Shown one piece after another: positions 39,231 to 53,337 of a stretch of DNA of 64,000 nt. The notes beneath the pieces are model-generated. The model was given only the letters and a program-made list of their open reading frames with translations. It made no database searches and had not been told where the DNA came from. Numbering within the stretch: the stretch's first letter is position 1; each line of letters opens with the position of its first letter. The stretch is from assembly GCF_004010195.1 (NCBI RefSeq), contig NC_057745.1, positions 10,194,637 to 10,258,636 of the forward strand, in the 5' to 3' direction. This stretch comes from Chiloscyllium plagiosum. Its lineage: Eukaryota. The position numbers were made by a program, and so were the translations under genes.

Positions 39231-40841
39231 ATGAAGTGTCCTAAGTGGAAGAGTAGATTTGGAGTTGCGTCTGTTCTTAGTATCATAATCATCATGTCTT
39301 GTCCAGTAACCCAGGCAGCTAATATATTGGTTGTGCCTGCTGATGCAAGTCATTGGATCAATATGAAAATTCTGATGGAAGAACTGAAAAATCATGGGCA
39401 CAACCTCACTGTGCTTTATTTCTCAACATCTTGGTTTATCAATGCGAGGCCTGATTTATATCAATCCATTGTCTTGCAACTTCAGCAAAACCATAAAGCT
39501 ACAAGTGAAGATATTTTACAAACCTTTGTACAAAGGTCGTTAGATGTTTTGCAGAATAGTTCAACGCCATGGAGTTTTCTCAAGTCTCGGTACAAACTAA
39601 TGTCTTTTTTACACAGCTGTCATAGTTATTTTCAACAGCTTAGCAGCACAACATTTGAAAACAAAAGTTTGTTAGAACAGTTTGAAAATGAACACTTTAA
39701 TTTAGTACTTGCAGATCCTGTTTTTCCCTTAGGTTCAATGCTTGCTTATTATTTAAAACTCCCTTTGGTGCATAATGCACGTTGGCTCATCAGTGGAGAA
39801 GCTCATTTTCTCTTCGCCCCTTCTCCATTATCTTATATCCCAGTGCCAGATTCACGATTGACGGACAAAATGAATTTTTTCCAAAGAACAAAAAATGTCA
39901 TCTTAAGTCTTTTTCATCTATCTGTAACAAAATTCCTGACTCACCCCACATATAATGATCTCTGCCATCACTACCTAGGCCCAGACATAGACATTGACAC
40001 TGTTCTCCTAAGGGCAGATGTGTGGCTAATGAGAGTAGATTTTATATTTGATTTCCCGAGACCCACCATGCCAAATATTATTTATATTGGAGGATTCCAG
40101 TGTAAACCATCTAAATCTCTAGAGGCAGAGCTTGAAGAGTTTGTCCAGTCCTCAGGGGAACATGGGATTATTGTCATGTCTTTGGGGTCCATGGTCAGTT
40201 CTTTATCAATGCATATTACAATGCAAATAGCAGAAGCCCTTGCTCAAGTACCTCAGAAGGTTATCTGGAAACACAATGGAGAGACCCCTCCCAACATAGG
40301 AAATAATACACTACTGGCAAAATGGATCCCTCAGAATGATCTACTAGGGCACCCAAAGACACGAGCCTTCATTGCTCATGGTGGCACCAATGGGCTTTAT
40401 GAAGCCATCTATCATGGGGTGCCAGTAGTTGGCATACCTCTATTTTATGACCAGTTTGATAATTTACTCAGACTTGAAATTCGAGGTGCAGCAAGGGTGA
40501 TTGATATTTCCACCATGCAGTCAACAGATCTATTGCAGGCACTTAATGATATTATACATAACACATCTTATTGGGAGAACATGCAGAAACTCTCAGCTCT
40601 CCACAGAGGCCAGCCAGAGACTCCAATGGAGAGAGCTATTTTCTGGATTGAGTACGTAGCCCGACACAAAGGGGCGCCACATTTGCGCCCAGAGTCTTAT
40701 AGACTCCCTTGGTATGTTTACTATTGTGTAGATGTGGTGATCTTCCTATTGTTACTGTTCCTCATGCTTCCAACATTGGCAGTTGTACTGATAAAGAAAT
40801 TGTGTAACATTGCTTGGCAAGAGAAACAAAAAATTCTGTGA
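39231..40841 (+). CDS. UDP-glucuronosyltransferase, UGT5-like, intact single coding exon, 536 aa (copy 2)
   Basis: Signal peptide, catalytic His motif (VPADASHWINM), ADP Asp, ADVWLMRVDFIFDFPRPTMPNIIYIGGFQCKP (typical of UGT5), UGT signature WIPQNDLLGHPKTRAFIAHGGTNGLYEAIYHGVPVVGIPLFYDQ, C-terminal TM helix, KQKIL dilysine-type ER tail; no coding introns. Confidence 0.95.
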   Translation: MKCPKWKSRFGVASVLSIIIIMSCPVTQAANILVVPADASHWINMKILMEELKNHGHNLTVLYFSTSWFINARPDLYQSIVLQLQQNHKATSEDILQTFVQRSLDVLQNSSTPWSFLKSRYKLMSFLHSCHSYFQQLSSTTFENKSLLEQFENEHFNLVLADPVFPLGSMLAYYLKLPLVHNARWLISGEAHFLFAPSPLSYIPVPDSRLTDKMNFFQRTKNVILSLFHLSVTKFLTHPTYNDLCHHYLGPDIDIDTVLLRADVWLMRVDFIFDFPRPTMPNIIYIGGFQCKPSKSLEAELEEFVQSSGEHGIIVMSLGSMVSSLSMHITMQIAEALAQVPQKVIWKHNGETPPNIGNNTLLAKWIPQNDLLGHPKTRAFIAHGGTNGLYEAIYHGVPVVGIPLFYDQFDNLLRLEIRGAARVIDISTMQSTDLLQALNDIIHNTSYWENMQKLSALHRGQPETPMERAIFWIEYVARHKGAPHLRPESYRLPWYVYYCVDVVIFLLLLFLMLPTLAVVLIKKLCNIAWQEKQKIL

Positions 40842-42000
40842 TTATGCTTTTGAAGTGAGAGAGGAGGACTTAGACAGTTCACCCAACAGCATACTGCATA
40901 CACTGTCTGATATGATTTGTCAATCTTTGAAATTATATATGAGCATCACAATGGCATTGATGTACATACTCTACATGATTCATTTGTGTGTTGGGCAGAA
41001 TGTGTTTCTAGCTGGATTTGTTGCGAACACCACTCATGTTGTTCCTGCATAGTCTTATACCTATGCTAATGGAATGATGATGATTCACTCAGAGGTATTC
41101 ATTAACTTTGTGTGTTAGATTATTTAAAATAATGAAACCCTTTATAAGTTATGAAGCAGGCATTTCAGAAACCAATTGATTTCTGACTGTATAGTTTGCT
41201 GACAAATGGCAGGCAGAGACACAACATTATATGCACACAGCAACTGGAGTTCTTAAGGACAAACTTGCTTAATGGCAAGATTTGCATACAGTATACAGTA
41301 GCAGCTTCAAATATCTAGTTTCACATATTGCTCAAAGTATTGAGATGCTTTACTCTTCCAGGGTAACGAGTGATGCATGATCACAAGTGGCAGCCTTCGG
41401 CCTGGTTCACAGATTTGTGTGACACACATTGAGTCATGATCATATAATATTAAGTGTTCCTTCCCCTTACATTGTATCTCTTGCAAAAGTCTGGATAAGT
41501 GCAAGATGAAAATGTATTTTCTTTAACAAAACACAAATGAATTTGTCAAAGAAGAGCTGAAATTCAGCTGACACCTGAGAACAGTTCATTACTGTATAAA
41601 GTTCCAATCCGATCTATTCTAAATGTGGTGATTGGAACCTCGTTTATGGTGTATGCAGATAATTACATCAGGCTCCGAAAAAGAATCAAATCAAAATCGA
41701 AGCGTTAACTCAGTTTCTATCTTCATAAATGCAGCCAGACCTGCTGAATTTCTCTTGCACTTTGTGTTTTCGATTTAAAATTTCCAGCAGTTGCAGTATT
41801 TTGCTTCTACATCCGGGTTCTGGCTGATTGTAATGCAGGGGCATTCCAGAAAGTTATGATAAACATTTGATAACTGAGCTATGAAAGCAAGATAATCTAC
41901 TCTCTGCATCTGTTTTCCATCAGTGCCTGATGAAATGAAGGAGTCTGTTTGTTGAATGAGATAACCGTGTACTCGCACTGACTGAATGAGTTTTACAATG

Positions 42001-42218
42001 GGCAAAAGAGAGGACTGTAGATGCTGGAAATCAGAGACTGGATTAGAGTGATGCTGGAAAAGCACAGCAGGTCAGGCAGCATCTGAGGAGCAGGAAAATC
42101 GACATTTTGGGCAAAAGCCCTTCATCAGGAAATTGATGAAGGTCTTTTGCCTGAAACGTCAATTTCTGCCTGACCTGCTGCCTGACCTGCTGTGCTTTTC
42201 CAACACCACTCTAATCTA
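42001..42218. mobile_element. Penelope-derived fold-back mini-element (family A) with back-to-back hammerhead remnants
   Basis: gacattttgggcaaaagcccttcatcagg / ttgatgaaggtcttttgcctgaaacgtc; inverted arms. Confidence 0.75.
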
Positions 42219-44579
42219 TGTGTGTTACAGTCACAGGCCTAAACAAAGAAATGTTAATGTAAGACTTATCTGACATCCCATATGGTTTTGGTAAATGGAA
42301 GTTGAGAAGATGAAATGGGATGGACACCTACCAGAGCAACATGTGCCGTAGTGAGCTCTTTTTATACTCAGAGCCTTGCAATGGTACTTGGAGGTAATAA
42401 CTTGTGGTTTAGAGATAAACATGTTAGCAACTGCACCACAGCAAATCCTGCATGATGTATTTTCACTGTTGTTCCTGAATAGTCAGGCATGCCAGGCTTA
42501 AATGGAGGATCATGTTTTTTGCAAAAGAACAATGTACTCGTACAATCTGATTTTGAAATGCTGTAATAATATAATCATGTGTATTAATAAAAGAATGCTT
42601 CTGTTTGATTTGTTTCTTCTCTTTGATAATTTTGACAACTGGGAGTTAACTCTTTCAGACTGACTTCTAAAAGGATCTTGATCATTTTGTTTTTACCAGT
42701 GACTGTAAGATTGTTCAATTAAGCCAAATGTTGCCATCTGATGCTTCTACAATGTTGTCTTGTAATTCGCCAAATGCATTCCCCCTTGTTCCCTCGTTGA
42801 AAATATTCCATGGTTTATGTTTGTGTTAAAATGTTTATCATTTTGTGAGCCTATAGGTCAGCATCATTTAAGTCAATTATAGATTCTCCTTCAATGCAGC
42901 TACCGTGCTGGAAAAAAGGAACAATATTAGGGTTTTAACCACTTGACCTTGATCTGCCATTCAGCTGGATCCTACTGGTGTGTATCCTAACTCCACCTAC
43001 CTGTTTTTGTTCCATAATCTTCAGTACCTTCTACCGAAGGAAAGTTCTATTAATAACAGTTCTGAAACTTTCAATCTGTCCTGTTGTAGCAGTTCTTTGG
43101 CAATGAGAGTCCCTGACTTCACATCCTTTCATGTAAAACAACTTCCTGATGTTCTCCCAAAGGGCATAACACGAGCTGAGTATTGTTGCAACTGCACTCA
43201 TTAAAGCAAGTGGGGAGTATTCACACTTGTCGACTCCTGACTTGTGCTTAATGGAGAGATGAGAGATGAGAGATTGGCTTTGCAACAAAAGCTATATTGA
43301 TCACAGGAACCTGAGTGGGCATGGTTTTCAAGCTGGGGGACACTTGAGGTAGAACCAACATCTGGTCTGAACAGGACTACAAACATCAAATATGGTAGGG
43401 AGAGTATCACATTCACAGAATATATTAGTACTGACACTTTTTGTGACCGTGTGTCTGGATTGAGCCTGAATATAAGCATACAGAACAGTTGAGCTGAAGA
43501 CCATCTGGGATTCTAAGTCTGATCTTGGCTTGAGTTCCTCTTCAATCCCAAACAAAAGATTTCAGTAAAATCAGTTTTTAACAATTTATCTGAGTAGGAC
43601 CATCAGCTACAGGACCAGCTGCACCTTCATTGTCACGACTCTTCAAAGGGATTCAACTTCACTTTCATTGGCACCTGAAACCATCCTGATAATCATTTAA
43701 AACTGAAAATTTAATTCTGGATCAGTGGTGCTGGAAGAGCACAGCAATTCAGGCAGCATTAATGCCAACATGGCGATAGATAAGCACTATCGTTATTCTA
43801 GTACCTGACTTTTGCCATAAAACCTCACATTCATTGCAATACAATACAATGATAACTGTAATCCGGAACCCAGTTCAACCACTTCTCCATTGCATTTCCT
43901 GTCCCTGTCTCAAGGTCACCCAAAGCGTTTCAGTTCGGTGCTTTTAGTGTCTCCATGGGAAACAAAGTATTTCAGAAAGAATACAACACAAATGAGGAAA
44001 TGGAAAGCATGCATCTACAGACGTGGATTCAAAAAGAAAAAATTTGTACATTTGGCAAAGACCAATGTACGAGAGATCACTTAGCTTAACATGATTTGTT
44101 TCCTAATGCCCCTTCTGTGGATTATTGTTAATTCTAACAATACTTCTGGTACAAAGATACAATACAGCATGGTTATTAATTTAAGTGGCTTATCACCATC
44201 ATTAAACCATTGCTAAACTAATTGGAAAATTGTCATTCTCTTACCAAATACAACTAATGAATGTGCTCACCCATGAACATACTATTTTCAAAATTAATAA
44301 TCTTGGTCATTCCTATCATAACGCCACCAATCGCTTTTCGTATTAACAGAGCTATAGGAACAGAGAAGTCTATGGTGCAGAATAAGGCCCTTCGGTCCAT
44401 CGCATTCATACTAGTCAAAAGCAACGTCCTCACATTTCTGTTGTAATGTCCCTTGTAGAGTATATCTGCAATAATATATTTTGGTAATTTCCATGGAATT
44501 AGAACCACTCAGGAATCCAAAATCCATTGGTTAATTCAAAAGGTACTGATGCCTCAGATGAAAGACCCATTTCAAGTTT

Positions 44580-44843
44580 GAGATTAGATTACTTACAGTG
44601 TGGAAACAGGCCCTTCGGCCTAACAAGTCCACACCGGCCCTCCGAAGAGCAACCTGCCCAGACCCATTCCCCTACACCTAACACTATGGGAAATTTAGCA
44701 TAACCTATTCACCTAACCTGCACATTTTTGGACTGTGGGAGGAAATCGGAGCACCCGGAGAAAACCCACACAGACAGTTGCCTGAGGTGGGAATTGAACC
44801 TGAGTCTCTGGTGCTGTGAGGCAGCAGTGCTAACCACTGTGCT
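44580..44843 (-). mobile_element. HE1-like V-SINE
   Basis: As 6944-7255 with an internal deletion. Confidence 0.85.
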
Positions 44844-44884
44844 AATGTGAATAGCAGATCACATGAGGATTAGTATCAAACAAT

Positions 44885-45016
44885 CAGAGGTTCAATTAGA
44901 CTTTGAACTGACCAATTGCATTAACATAAACAAATATTGATTTGTCCTCAGTTGAAAGCTCAGCTACAAGAAATACGACAATTATAATGCACTTAATTTG
45001 TTCTTCATCAGTAAGT
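44885..45016 (+). promoter_or_regulatory. Putative promoter/5' non-coding exon of UGT copy 3 (donor CTTCATCA|GTAAGT, GT at 45011)
   Basis: Donor homologous to copy 1; upstream HNF4/DR1-like tagactttgaact and forkhead-like ataaacaaata. Confidence 0.6.
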
Positions 45017-45224
45017 AAAAGAACATAATTTCTTGATGAAATGATTTCATAAATCAAAAGCTAATTTTTTAAAATTTGTGCTAATTTGTTAGCCTGAGGT
45101 TTGAAATGCAGCAATTTAGTTTCTGTACACCAACATTGCATGAGCCTGAAATATAATCTTCCAAAGTTTACTCAGTTCAGAAACTGTTCCATGAAATTGG
45201 AAAAGCTGCCGATATCAATCCACA

Positions 45225-47593
45225 CTGAAGGGGAAGGGTGAGCAGTCAGAAATCGTGGTACATATTGACACCAATGATATAGCCAGGAAAGGGACTGAGG
45301 AGCTTAAAAGTGACTACAGAGAGCTAGGTTGGAAGCTGAAGAGCAGGGCAAGTAGAGACCGTTCTCAGGTTTGCTACCGGTGCCATGAGATAGTGAGGTG
45401 AGGAACAGGCATCGAGCGCAACTGGTGCAAGGAGGGAGGGCTTCAGATATTTAGACCATTAGGATGCCTTCTGGGAAAGGGGGGACCTGTACATGAAGGA
45501 CAGGTTGCATCTGAATTGGAGGGGCACAAAAGTCCTGGGTGGGAGATTTGCTCCTGTGGTTCGGGAGGGTTTACACTAGTTTAGGAGGGGAGTGGGGACC
45601 AGAGCTACGTATCTGAGAGGGGGTAGTTAGATATGGGGCAGTGACAGATGTAGTGAATCTATCAGTAAGGTTATTCGTGTGATGGAACAAAGAGATCAGT
45701 TAAAGTGTGTCTGCTTTAATGCAAGGAGTGTCAGAAATAAGAGTGATGACCTTAGAGCATGGATTGGCTCGTGGGACTGTGATGTTGTTGCCATAACAGA
45801 GACGTGGGTTTCACAGGGGCGGGAATGGTTGCTAGATGTTCCAGGATTTAGAATGTTTAAAAAGAACAGGGAGGGTGGAGAAAGAGGAGGGGGTGTAGCA
45901 TTGCTAATCAGAGAGTGCATCACGAAGAAAAGGGACCTTATTGTGAATGAAAACTTTGAGGAGTTGGGAAACAGGCTTGAACAGATCAAGATTGATGAAT
46001 CTGATGTGTTGGAAATTTTGGCAAACATTAAGATTGATAAGTCCCCAGGGCCAGACCAGATTTATCCTAGGTTGCTTTGGGAAGCGGGAAAGGAGGTTGC
46101 TAAGCCGCAGGCAAAGATCCTTGTTTCCTCACCCTCCATGGGAGTTGTATCAGAGGATTGGAGGGAAGCGAATGTTCTTCCTCTTTTTAAAAAGGGGAAT
46201 AGGGAAATCACTGGCAATTACAGACCAGTCAGTCTTACATCTGTGGTCAACAATGTTTTGGAAAGAATTCTGAGGGATAGGATTTATGACTAATGGAAAA
46301 GCATAGCGTGATTAAAGGCAGTCAGTGTGGCTTTGTGAGGGGCAGGTCATGCCTCACAAATCTTAGTGAGTTCTTTGAGGTGGTGATGAGACAGGTCGAC
46401 AAAGGTTGAAGAGTGGATGTGGTGTATATGGACTTCAACAAAGCATTTGATAAGGTTCCCCATGGTAGGCTCATGCATAAATTCAGGAGATGTGGGATAC
46501 AGGCAGGTTTGGTTGTCTGGATTCAGAATTGGTTGGCTGACAGAAGGCAGAGAGTGGTTGTAGATGGAAAGTATTCTGCCTGGAGGTCAGTGGTGAGTGG
46601 TGTCCCACAGGGCTCTGTTCTTGGGCCTCTGCTCTTTGTAGTTTTTATAAATGACTTGGATGAGGAGGTTGAGGGGTGTGTTAGTAAATTTGCCAATGAC
46701 ACGAAGGTTGGAGGTGCAGTTGATAGTATTGAGGACTATTGCAGGCTGCAGCATGACATGGACAGGATGCAGAGCTGGGCTGAGAAATGGCAGATGGAGT
46801 TCAACCTGGAAAAATGTGAAGTGATGTATTTTGGAAAGTCGAACATGAATGCTGAACATAGGGTTAATGACAGGATTCTTGGCAGAGTGGAGGAGCAGAG
46901 GGACCTTGGTGTTCAAGTGCATTGATCGCTTAAAATTGCTACCAGAGTGGATAGGGTTGTTACAAAAGCATATGGTGTTTTGGTTTTCATTAACAGGGGG
47001 ATCAAGTTTAAGAGCTGCGAGATTTTGCTGCAGCTCTACAAGTCCCTGGTGAGACCACACTTGGAATATTGTGTCCAGGTCTGATCGCCCTATTATAGGA
47101 AAGATATGGAGGTTTTGGAGAAGGTGCAAAGAAGGTTTACCAGAATACTACCTGGACTGAAGGGCTTATCTTACGAAGAAAGGTTGACTAAGCTCAGACT
47201 TTTCTCTTTGGAGAGAAGGAGGAAGAGAGGTGACCTGATTGAGGTATACAAGGTAATGAGAGGCGTGGATAGAGTCAATAGCCAGAGACTTTTCCCCAGG
47301 GCAAGATTGACTGGCACGAGGCGTCATAGTTTTAAGATTTTAAGAGGAAGATATAGAGGAGACATCATAGGTAGGTTCTTTACGCAGAGAGTTATGAATG
47401 CATTGCCAGCAGTGGTGGTGGAAGCAGAGTCATGAGGGACATTAAGAAATTGTTGGATATGCACATGGACAGCAGTGAATTAAGGGGTGTGTACATTAGG
47501 TTATTTTATTTTAGATTAGGAATAATCCTCAGCACAACATCTTGGGCCAAATGGCCTGTGCTGTGCTGTACTTTTCTATGTTCTATGTTCTAT
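45225..47593 (+). mobile_element. CR1 LINE, 5'-truncated, with internal deletion near 45922
   Basis: ORF1 esterase end, APE start fused in frame to pre-RT region (ALLIRECIT|KKRDL), RT, (tgttcta)n tail. Confidence 0.9.
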
Positions 47594-48949
47594 ATGGTAA
47601 GGTAGTCACAGACCCAGAAGCCCATGGAGCTGCTCTCTCATTAGTGAGAGATGACTGGTAGTGGTTTAACATGAGGATCACTATGCCTTAGGTAAGGGGA
47701 GGGGTTGAGAAGGTGGGACCTACCCCACAATGTGTCTTAACTCTTATATCTAGCAAAGAATCTACAAATTGATTCTTAGTGGTAATATCCGATAATATTT
47801 ATTTATTTAACGCAATAAGCATTGTAATAACAAAACACACTACAAACTAACAATTTACAGGATAAATCTAACCAACTATCGTGTGCTTTATCTTTCCTCT
47901 GGGTGATCATACACCACCACATTAGATCTTGGCTTTGATCCACACTGCGATGATTGTCTGGTTGTTTTCTTCTGCTGGTCCTGGGGTGTCTTCTCTTCTC
48001 AGTGGTTGGTCGCGAGTTACCCATCCTGAGGGTGGTGTTGAGACGGTTCTTATCCTTAGAAATCTTCACGCCCTTTTAGGAGTGTCTTCAAAGTCCACCA
48101 ATAGGTCAATCAGGGCTCAATCACCTCGATCGATCGGACCCAACCAGGTGTTGACATGTCTGGTGAACATCTTGATGGTTTCAGTTATCCTGGGGATGGC
48201 ATTGAGGTTGATCTATTCAATTCCAATTCAAGTATATATTGTATTGTCTGTAGCTGCTGAGTCAGTTGCATACTGTCTGTCTGTAGCTGCAGCCTGTCTG
48301 AATTCTGCAGCATATTTATTCCAGAATCTTTCAGCACAGTTACTTTTGGCCAAGGCTTGTCTCAATTTCCCAGCAAGCCTCATTTATTGTCCATTTTCAT
48401 AAATCCACCATTTTAAGCGGCCTCTCCAACCACAAAGTTAACCTCAATTGAAATGGGATTGGACCTGTGCTTTTGGTCTCTATTTCAAAGTGGCCATCCA
48501 GCCAACTGAGCTCAAAGCAGCAAGTCAAGCAGACTTGGGAGACTTTAGGCATGAAAATGTTACGAACAGCTACAAAAGTTAATCAAAAAGGGTCATGCAA
48601 TGATTTGGCCTTCATTTTGAGAAGTCTAAAATGCAAGAGAGCAAACGTCAGGCTTCAGCTGAAAGCTAAATAATTGAAGTTTTCAAGAAATTCAACATTT
48701 CTCCTAAACAACTGCTGATGTCTGCAATGGAAACAGAAAATGCTGGATATACACAGCAAGTGAACAGAGAGAAATAGCATTAACAATTCAAGTCAATGAT
48801 GGGTCATCACCCATGCTGGAATCCTGGCTGATTCAGTAGCTCAGTTGATTTTCTTAAATGATAAGGACAGCACTCACACCAAGGCATCTTGTGCCATTGT
48901 GATAGTGTTCCAACCTCTGCACCAATAATGTTCTTGGTTCAAGGTCTTG

Positions 48950-49275
48950 GGTTGGCACAGTGGCTCAGTGATTAGCACTGTTGCTTCACAGCAGCAGGGA
49001 CCTTAGTTTGATTTCTGCCTCAGGCACTGTCTGTGTGGAGTTTGCACATTCTCCCCGTGTCTGTGTGGATTTCCTCCGGATGCTCCGGTTTCCTCCCACA
49101 ATCCAAAAATGTGCAGGTTAGGTGACTTGGCCAAGCTAAATTGCCCGTGGTGTTAAGTGAAGGGGTAAGTGTAGGGGAATGGGTCTGGGTGGGTTGCGCT
49201 TTGGCCGGTTGGTGTGGACTTGTTGGGCCGAAGGGCCTGTTTCCACACTGTAAGTAAGTAGTCTAAAGTAATCTA
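48950..49275 (+). mobile_element. HE1-like V-SINE
   Basis: tRNA head, V domain, taatcta tail. Confidence 0.88.
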
Positions 49276-49279
49276 AAAA

Positions 49280-52200
49280 GACAAGTAGTAGTTAATAGGG
49301 AATTCTATAATTCGGGATCGTTTGTAAGCAGGATTGAGAATCCTGTATGGTATGTTGTCTGACAAGTCCTAGGATGCCAGACATCTCTGACTGGCTTGAA
49401 AGGATATTGAAGAGAGAGGGAGAGCATCTAGTTGCTGTGGTCCATGTTGGGAAAAACAACGTAGGCAAGACTAGGAAAGAGGACCTGTTTCGGGGTTATC
49501 AGGAATTAAGAATCAATTTAAAGAACAGATCGTCAAAGGTTATAATCTCCGGATTACTACCTGAGTCATGTGCTAATTGGCATAGGGATGTGAGAATAAG
49601 GGAAGTAAACGTTTGGCTAAAAGGGTGGTGCTGCAAAGAGGGGTTCCTTTTCATGGGGCACTGGTGTCAGTATTGGAACAGGAGGAATCCATGCTGCTGG
49701 GACAGTCTCCACCTGATCTGAGTTGGGAGCAGTGTTTTAGCGAAAAGAGTAAATAGGGTGTTCAACAGGACTTTAAACGAGGAAGGGAGGAGGGAGGGAA
49801 TGGTAAAACTCCACGAAGTGTAATGATCAATAGAAAGTAAGGCAGCATGTTTACATCTGTGGGGGTGGATTCAACTGCATGGAAAAATATCAAAAAAATG
49901 AAAACAAAGGAGAACTCAGGAGAAGTTATTAAAGTCTCCAGTACACAAAATAGGACAGAATCAAACTTCAAACACACTGGATAAACGAGTAACAATGAGA
50001 AGAGGGACGGTCAATATGGGACTGAAGGTGTTGAATCTGAATGCGCACAGTGCAGGAAATAAGGTAAATGTGGCGCAGATCATAATTGGTGGGTATGATG
50101 TGATGGGCATCACGGAGACATAGCTGCAAGTGGATCAGGACTGGGAGCTAAATATCCAAGTATATGCATTCTATCGAAAAGACAGGCAGGTGGGCAGAAC
50201 AGTTAAGGTTGCCTTGTTAGTAAAAAAGTGAAATTAAATCAATAGCAATCAACAAAGTAGGGGCAGATGATGTAGAATCTTTGTGGGTAGAGTTGAGGGA
50301 CTGCAAAGGTGAAAATAACTATAAAGGGAATTATGCACATGCCTCCAAACAGTAGTTAGGATTTGAGACATAAGATACACCAAGAGATAGAAAAGGCATG
50401 TAAGAAAGGTAAGATTATAGTGATCGTGGGGGATTTCAATATGCAGGTGGACTGGGAAAATCAGATTAGCAATAGATCACAAGAAAAGGAATTTGTGGAA
50501 TGTCTATGAGACGGCTCTTTGGAGCAGCTTGTGGTAGAACCCACTAGGGAGCAGGCAATACTGGATTTAGTGTTGTGCAATGAGGCGGACTTAATAAGGG
50601 AGCTTAAAGTGAAGGAACGCTTAGGAGGCAGTGACTATAATATGATAGAATTGACTCTGCAGTTTGAGAAGGATAAAGTGGAATCAAATGTAATGGTATC
50701 ATGGTTGAATAAAGGCAACTACAGAGGCATGGGGGAAGAGCTGACCAGAATTGACTGGGAGAGGGGCCTGGCAGGAAAGACAGTGAAACATCAATGGCAG
50801 GAGTTTCTGGGAGTAATTCAGGGGACACAGCAGAGATTCATCCTGAGGAAAATGAAGCATACTAAAGGGAAGATGAGGCAACCATGGCTGACCAGGGAAG
50901 TCAGGGATAGAATAACAGAAAAAGAGAAAGCATATAATGTGGCGAAGGGCATTTGAAGGCCAGAGGATCAGGATGCTTATAAAGACCAGCAGAGAACAAT
51001 GAAGAAAATATGAGTGTAAGCTAGCTGGTAATATTAGAACAGATTGCAAGAGTTTCTTTAGAGATATAAAGGGCAGAAAAGAGGCAAAAGTAGACACTAG
51101 ATGGCTGGAAACTGATGCTGGAGAAGTAGTAATGGAGAACAAAGAAATAGCAGGGGAACTGAATAAGTACTTTGTGTCAGTCTTCATGGTGGAAAACACG
51201 AGCCACATCCCAAAAGGCGGGGAGGAGGCAGACCATCACCCTGGGGAAGATGCTTGAAAAACTGAAAGGTTTGAGAGTAGATAAATCACCTGGACCAGAT
51301 AGGCTACACCCTAGAGTTCTGAAGGAGATAGCTGAAGAGATAGTGTAGACTTTAGTGGTGATCTTTCAGGTATCACCGGAGTCAGGGAAGGTCCCAGAGG
51401 ACTGGAAAATTGCTAATGTGACCCCCCCCCCCCACCTTAGTTAAAAAGGGAGCAAGGCAAAAGATGGGAAATTGTAGGCCAATTAGCCTGACCTCAGTTG
51501 TTGATAAAATTTTTGAGTCCATTGTGAAGGATGAGATTTCTGAATACTTGGAAGTGCATGGTAAAATAGGGCAAAGTCAGCATGGTTTCATCAAGGGGAG
51601 GTCATACCTCACACATGTTTGAGTAGATAATGAGCAGGTTAGACCAAGGAAAGGTAATGGTTGTTATTTACCTGGATTTCAGAAGGCCTTTGATAAGGTG
51701 GTGCACAGGAAGCTGCTGAGTAAGATATGAGGCTGTGGTGTTAGAGGCAAGGTACTAGCATGGATAGAGGATTGGCTGTCTGGCAAAAGACAGAGAATGG
51801 GGATAAAAGGGTCCTTCACAGGATGGAAGCTGGTGACTAGCTGATGGATAAATATATGGATGATATGGATGATAATGGAATGCTGCAGCTTAGATGGGCT
51901 TCAGATTGGTTTTACAGGTCGGCGTAACATCCAGAGCCAAAGGACCTGTGCTGCATTGTAATGGTCTATGTCCTAGTGCTGTTTCACGTGGGTCAGTGTT
52001 GGGACCACAGCTTTTTATTTTATGCATTCATGAGCTGGGTGAAGGAACTTGAGGCATTCTGGCTAACTTTGCAGAAGATACAAAGATAAGTGGAGGGACA
52101 GGCAGTATTGAAGAGTGGGAGAGAAAGGATTTACATATGTTAGGAAAGTGGTCAAAGAAGTGGCCGATGAACTTCATGGTGAGAAAGAATGAGGTCAAGC

Positions 52201-52915
52201 CCTTTGATGGGAAGAATAGAGGCATGGATAATTTTCTAAATTGCTAGAAAATTCAGAAATCTGGAGTCCTAGTCCAAGGTAACTTTGTAGGTTGAGTCAG
52301 TAGTTAAGAAGGCAAATACAATGATAGCATTTATTTCGAGAGAACAAGAATATAAAAACGGGGATATACTTTTGAGGCTTTATAAAACTCTGGTCAGACC
52401 ACATTTAGAATATTGGGAGCAATTTTGGGTCCTTTACTTCAGGAAGGATGTACTAGCCCTGGAGCAAGTCCAGAGGAGGTTCATGAGAATGATCCCAGGA
52501 ATGTAAGGCCTAACATATGAGGAAGGTTTGTGGACTCTGGGATTATACTTGATGGAGTTTAGAAGGATGAGGAGGGATCTGATTGAAACTTACAGAATAC
52601 TAAATAGCCTAGACAGAGTGGATATTGGGAAGATGTTTCCATTGGCAGGAGAGACTATGACCAAGGGCACAGCCTTAGAGTAAAGGGAAGGCCCTTTAGA
52701 ATGGAGATGAGGAGAAACTTCTTTAGTCAGAGAGTGGTGAATCTGTGGAATTCATTGCCACAGAAGGCTATGGAGGCCAGGTATACTAAAGACTGAGAGA
52801 GATAGGTTCTTGATTGCCAAGGGGATCGAAGGTTGCAGAAAGAAAGCCGTGGTTGAATGGCAGAGCAGCCTCGATAGGCAAAATGGCCTGATTTCTGCAC
52901 CTAAATCTTATGGTC
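49280..52915 (+). mobile_element. CR1 LINE (ORF1 esterase + ORF2), with a short nested CR1 3' tail at ~51841-51975
   Basis: VVHVGKNN..VIISGLLP..WDSLHL; EPTREQAILDLVL; LVRPHLEY; 3' end. Confidence 0.9.
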
Positions 52916-53337
52916 TCGATCATTGACAAGAAGAAGATACAGTTACATAAAGTCTTAGGAAAGCAAAAGGTAAATGCAGCAAAATAGTAAGGGTGTTTTG
53001 CTAACATTGTGTAGTACTTTGGAGAAATCACTCCTTGAGATTGTCCAAATTAAGGACTGATTTGTTTTAGAATGGAAGCAATAAATGTTTACAAAATAGA
53101 TTCCTGGGTTAAGAGGGTTGTCTGATGAGTAACAGATTAGCTGAGTAGGCCAAATTTTCAAGGGTTTGGAAGTCTGAAACATTAATCTAAAATGAAATTA
53201 TAAAATTGACAGAGGCTTTATTCTGAAGATATTGGAATACTATGTTTCATTACTCATATTATAATATGAGGTAATAGAACTAGAACTGGATCTAGAATTA
53301 GAACTCAGAATTACACCATTAGAATAAGGAAAAAATT

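Noticed and set aside
47800-48430. 157-aa hydrophobic ORF 47929-48402; possible solo LTR
   Set aside because: No recognisable domain, non-ATG start; LTR ends and TSD could not be defined
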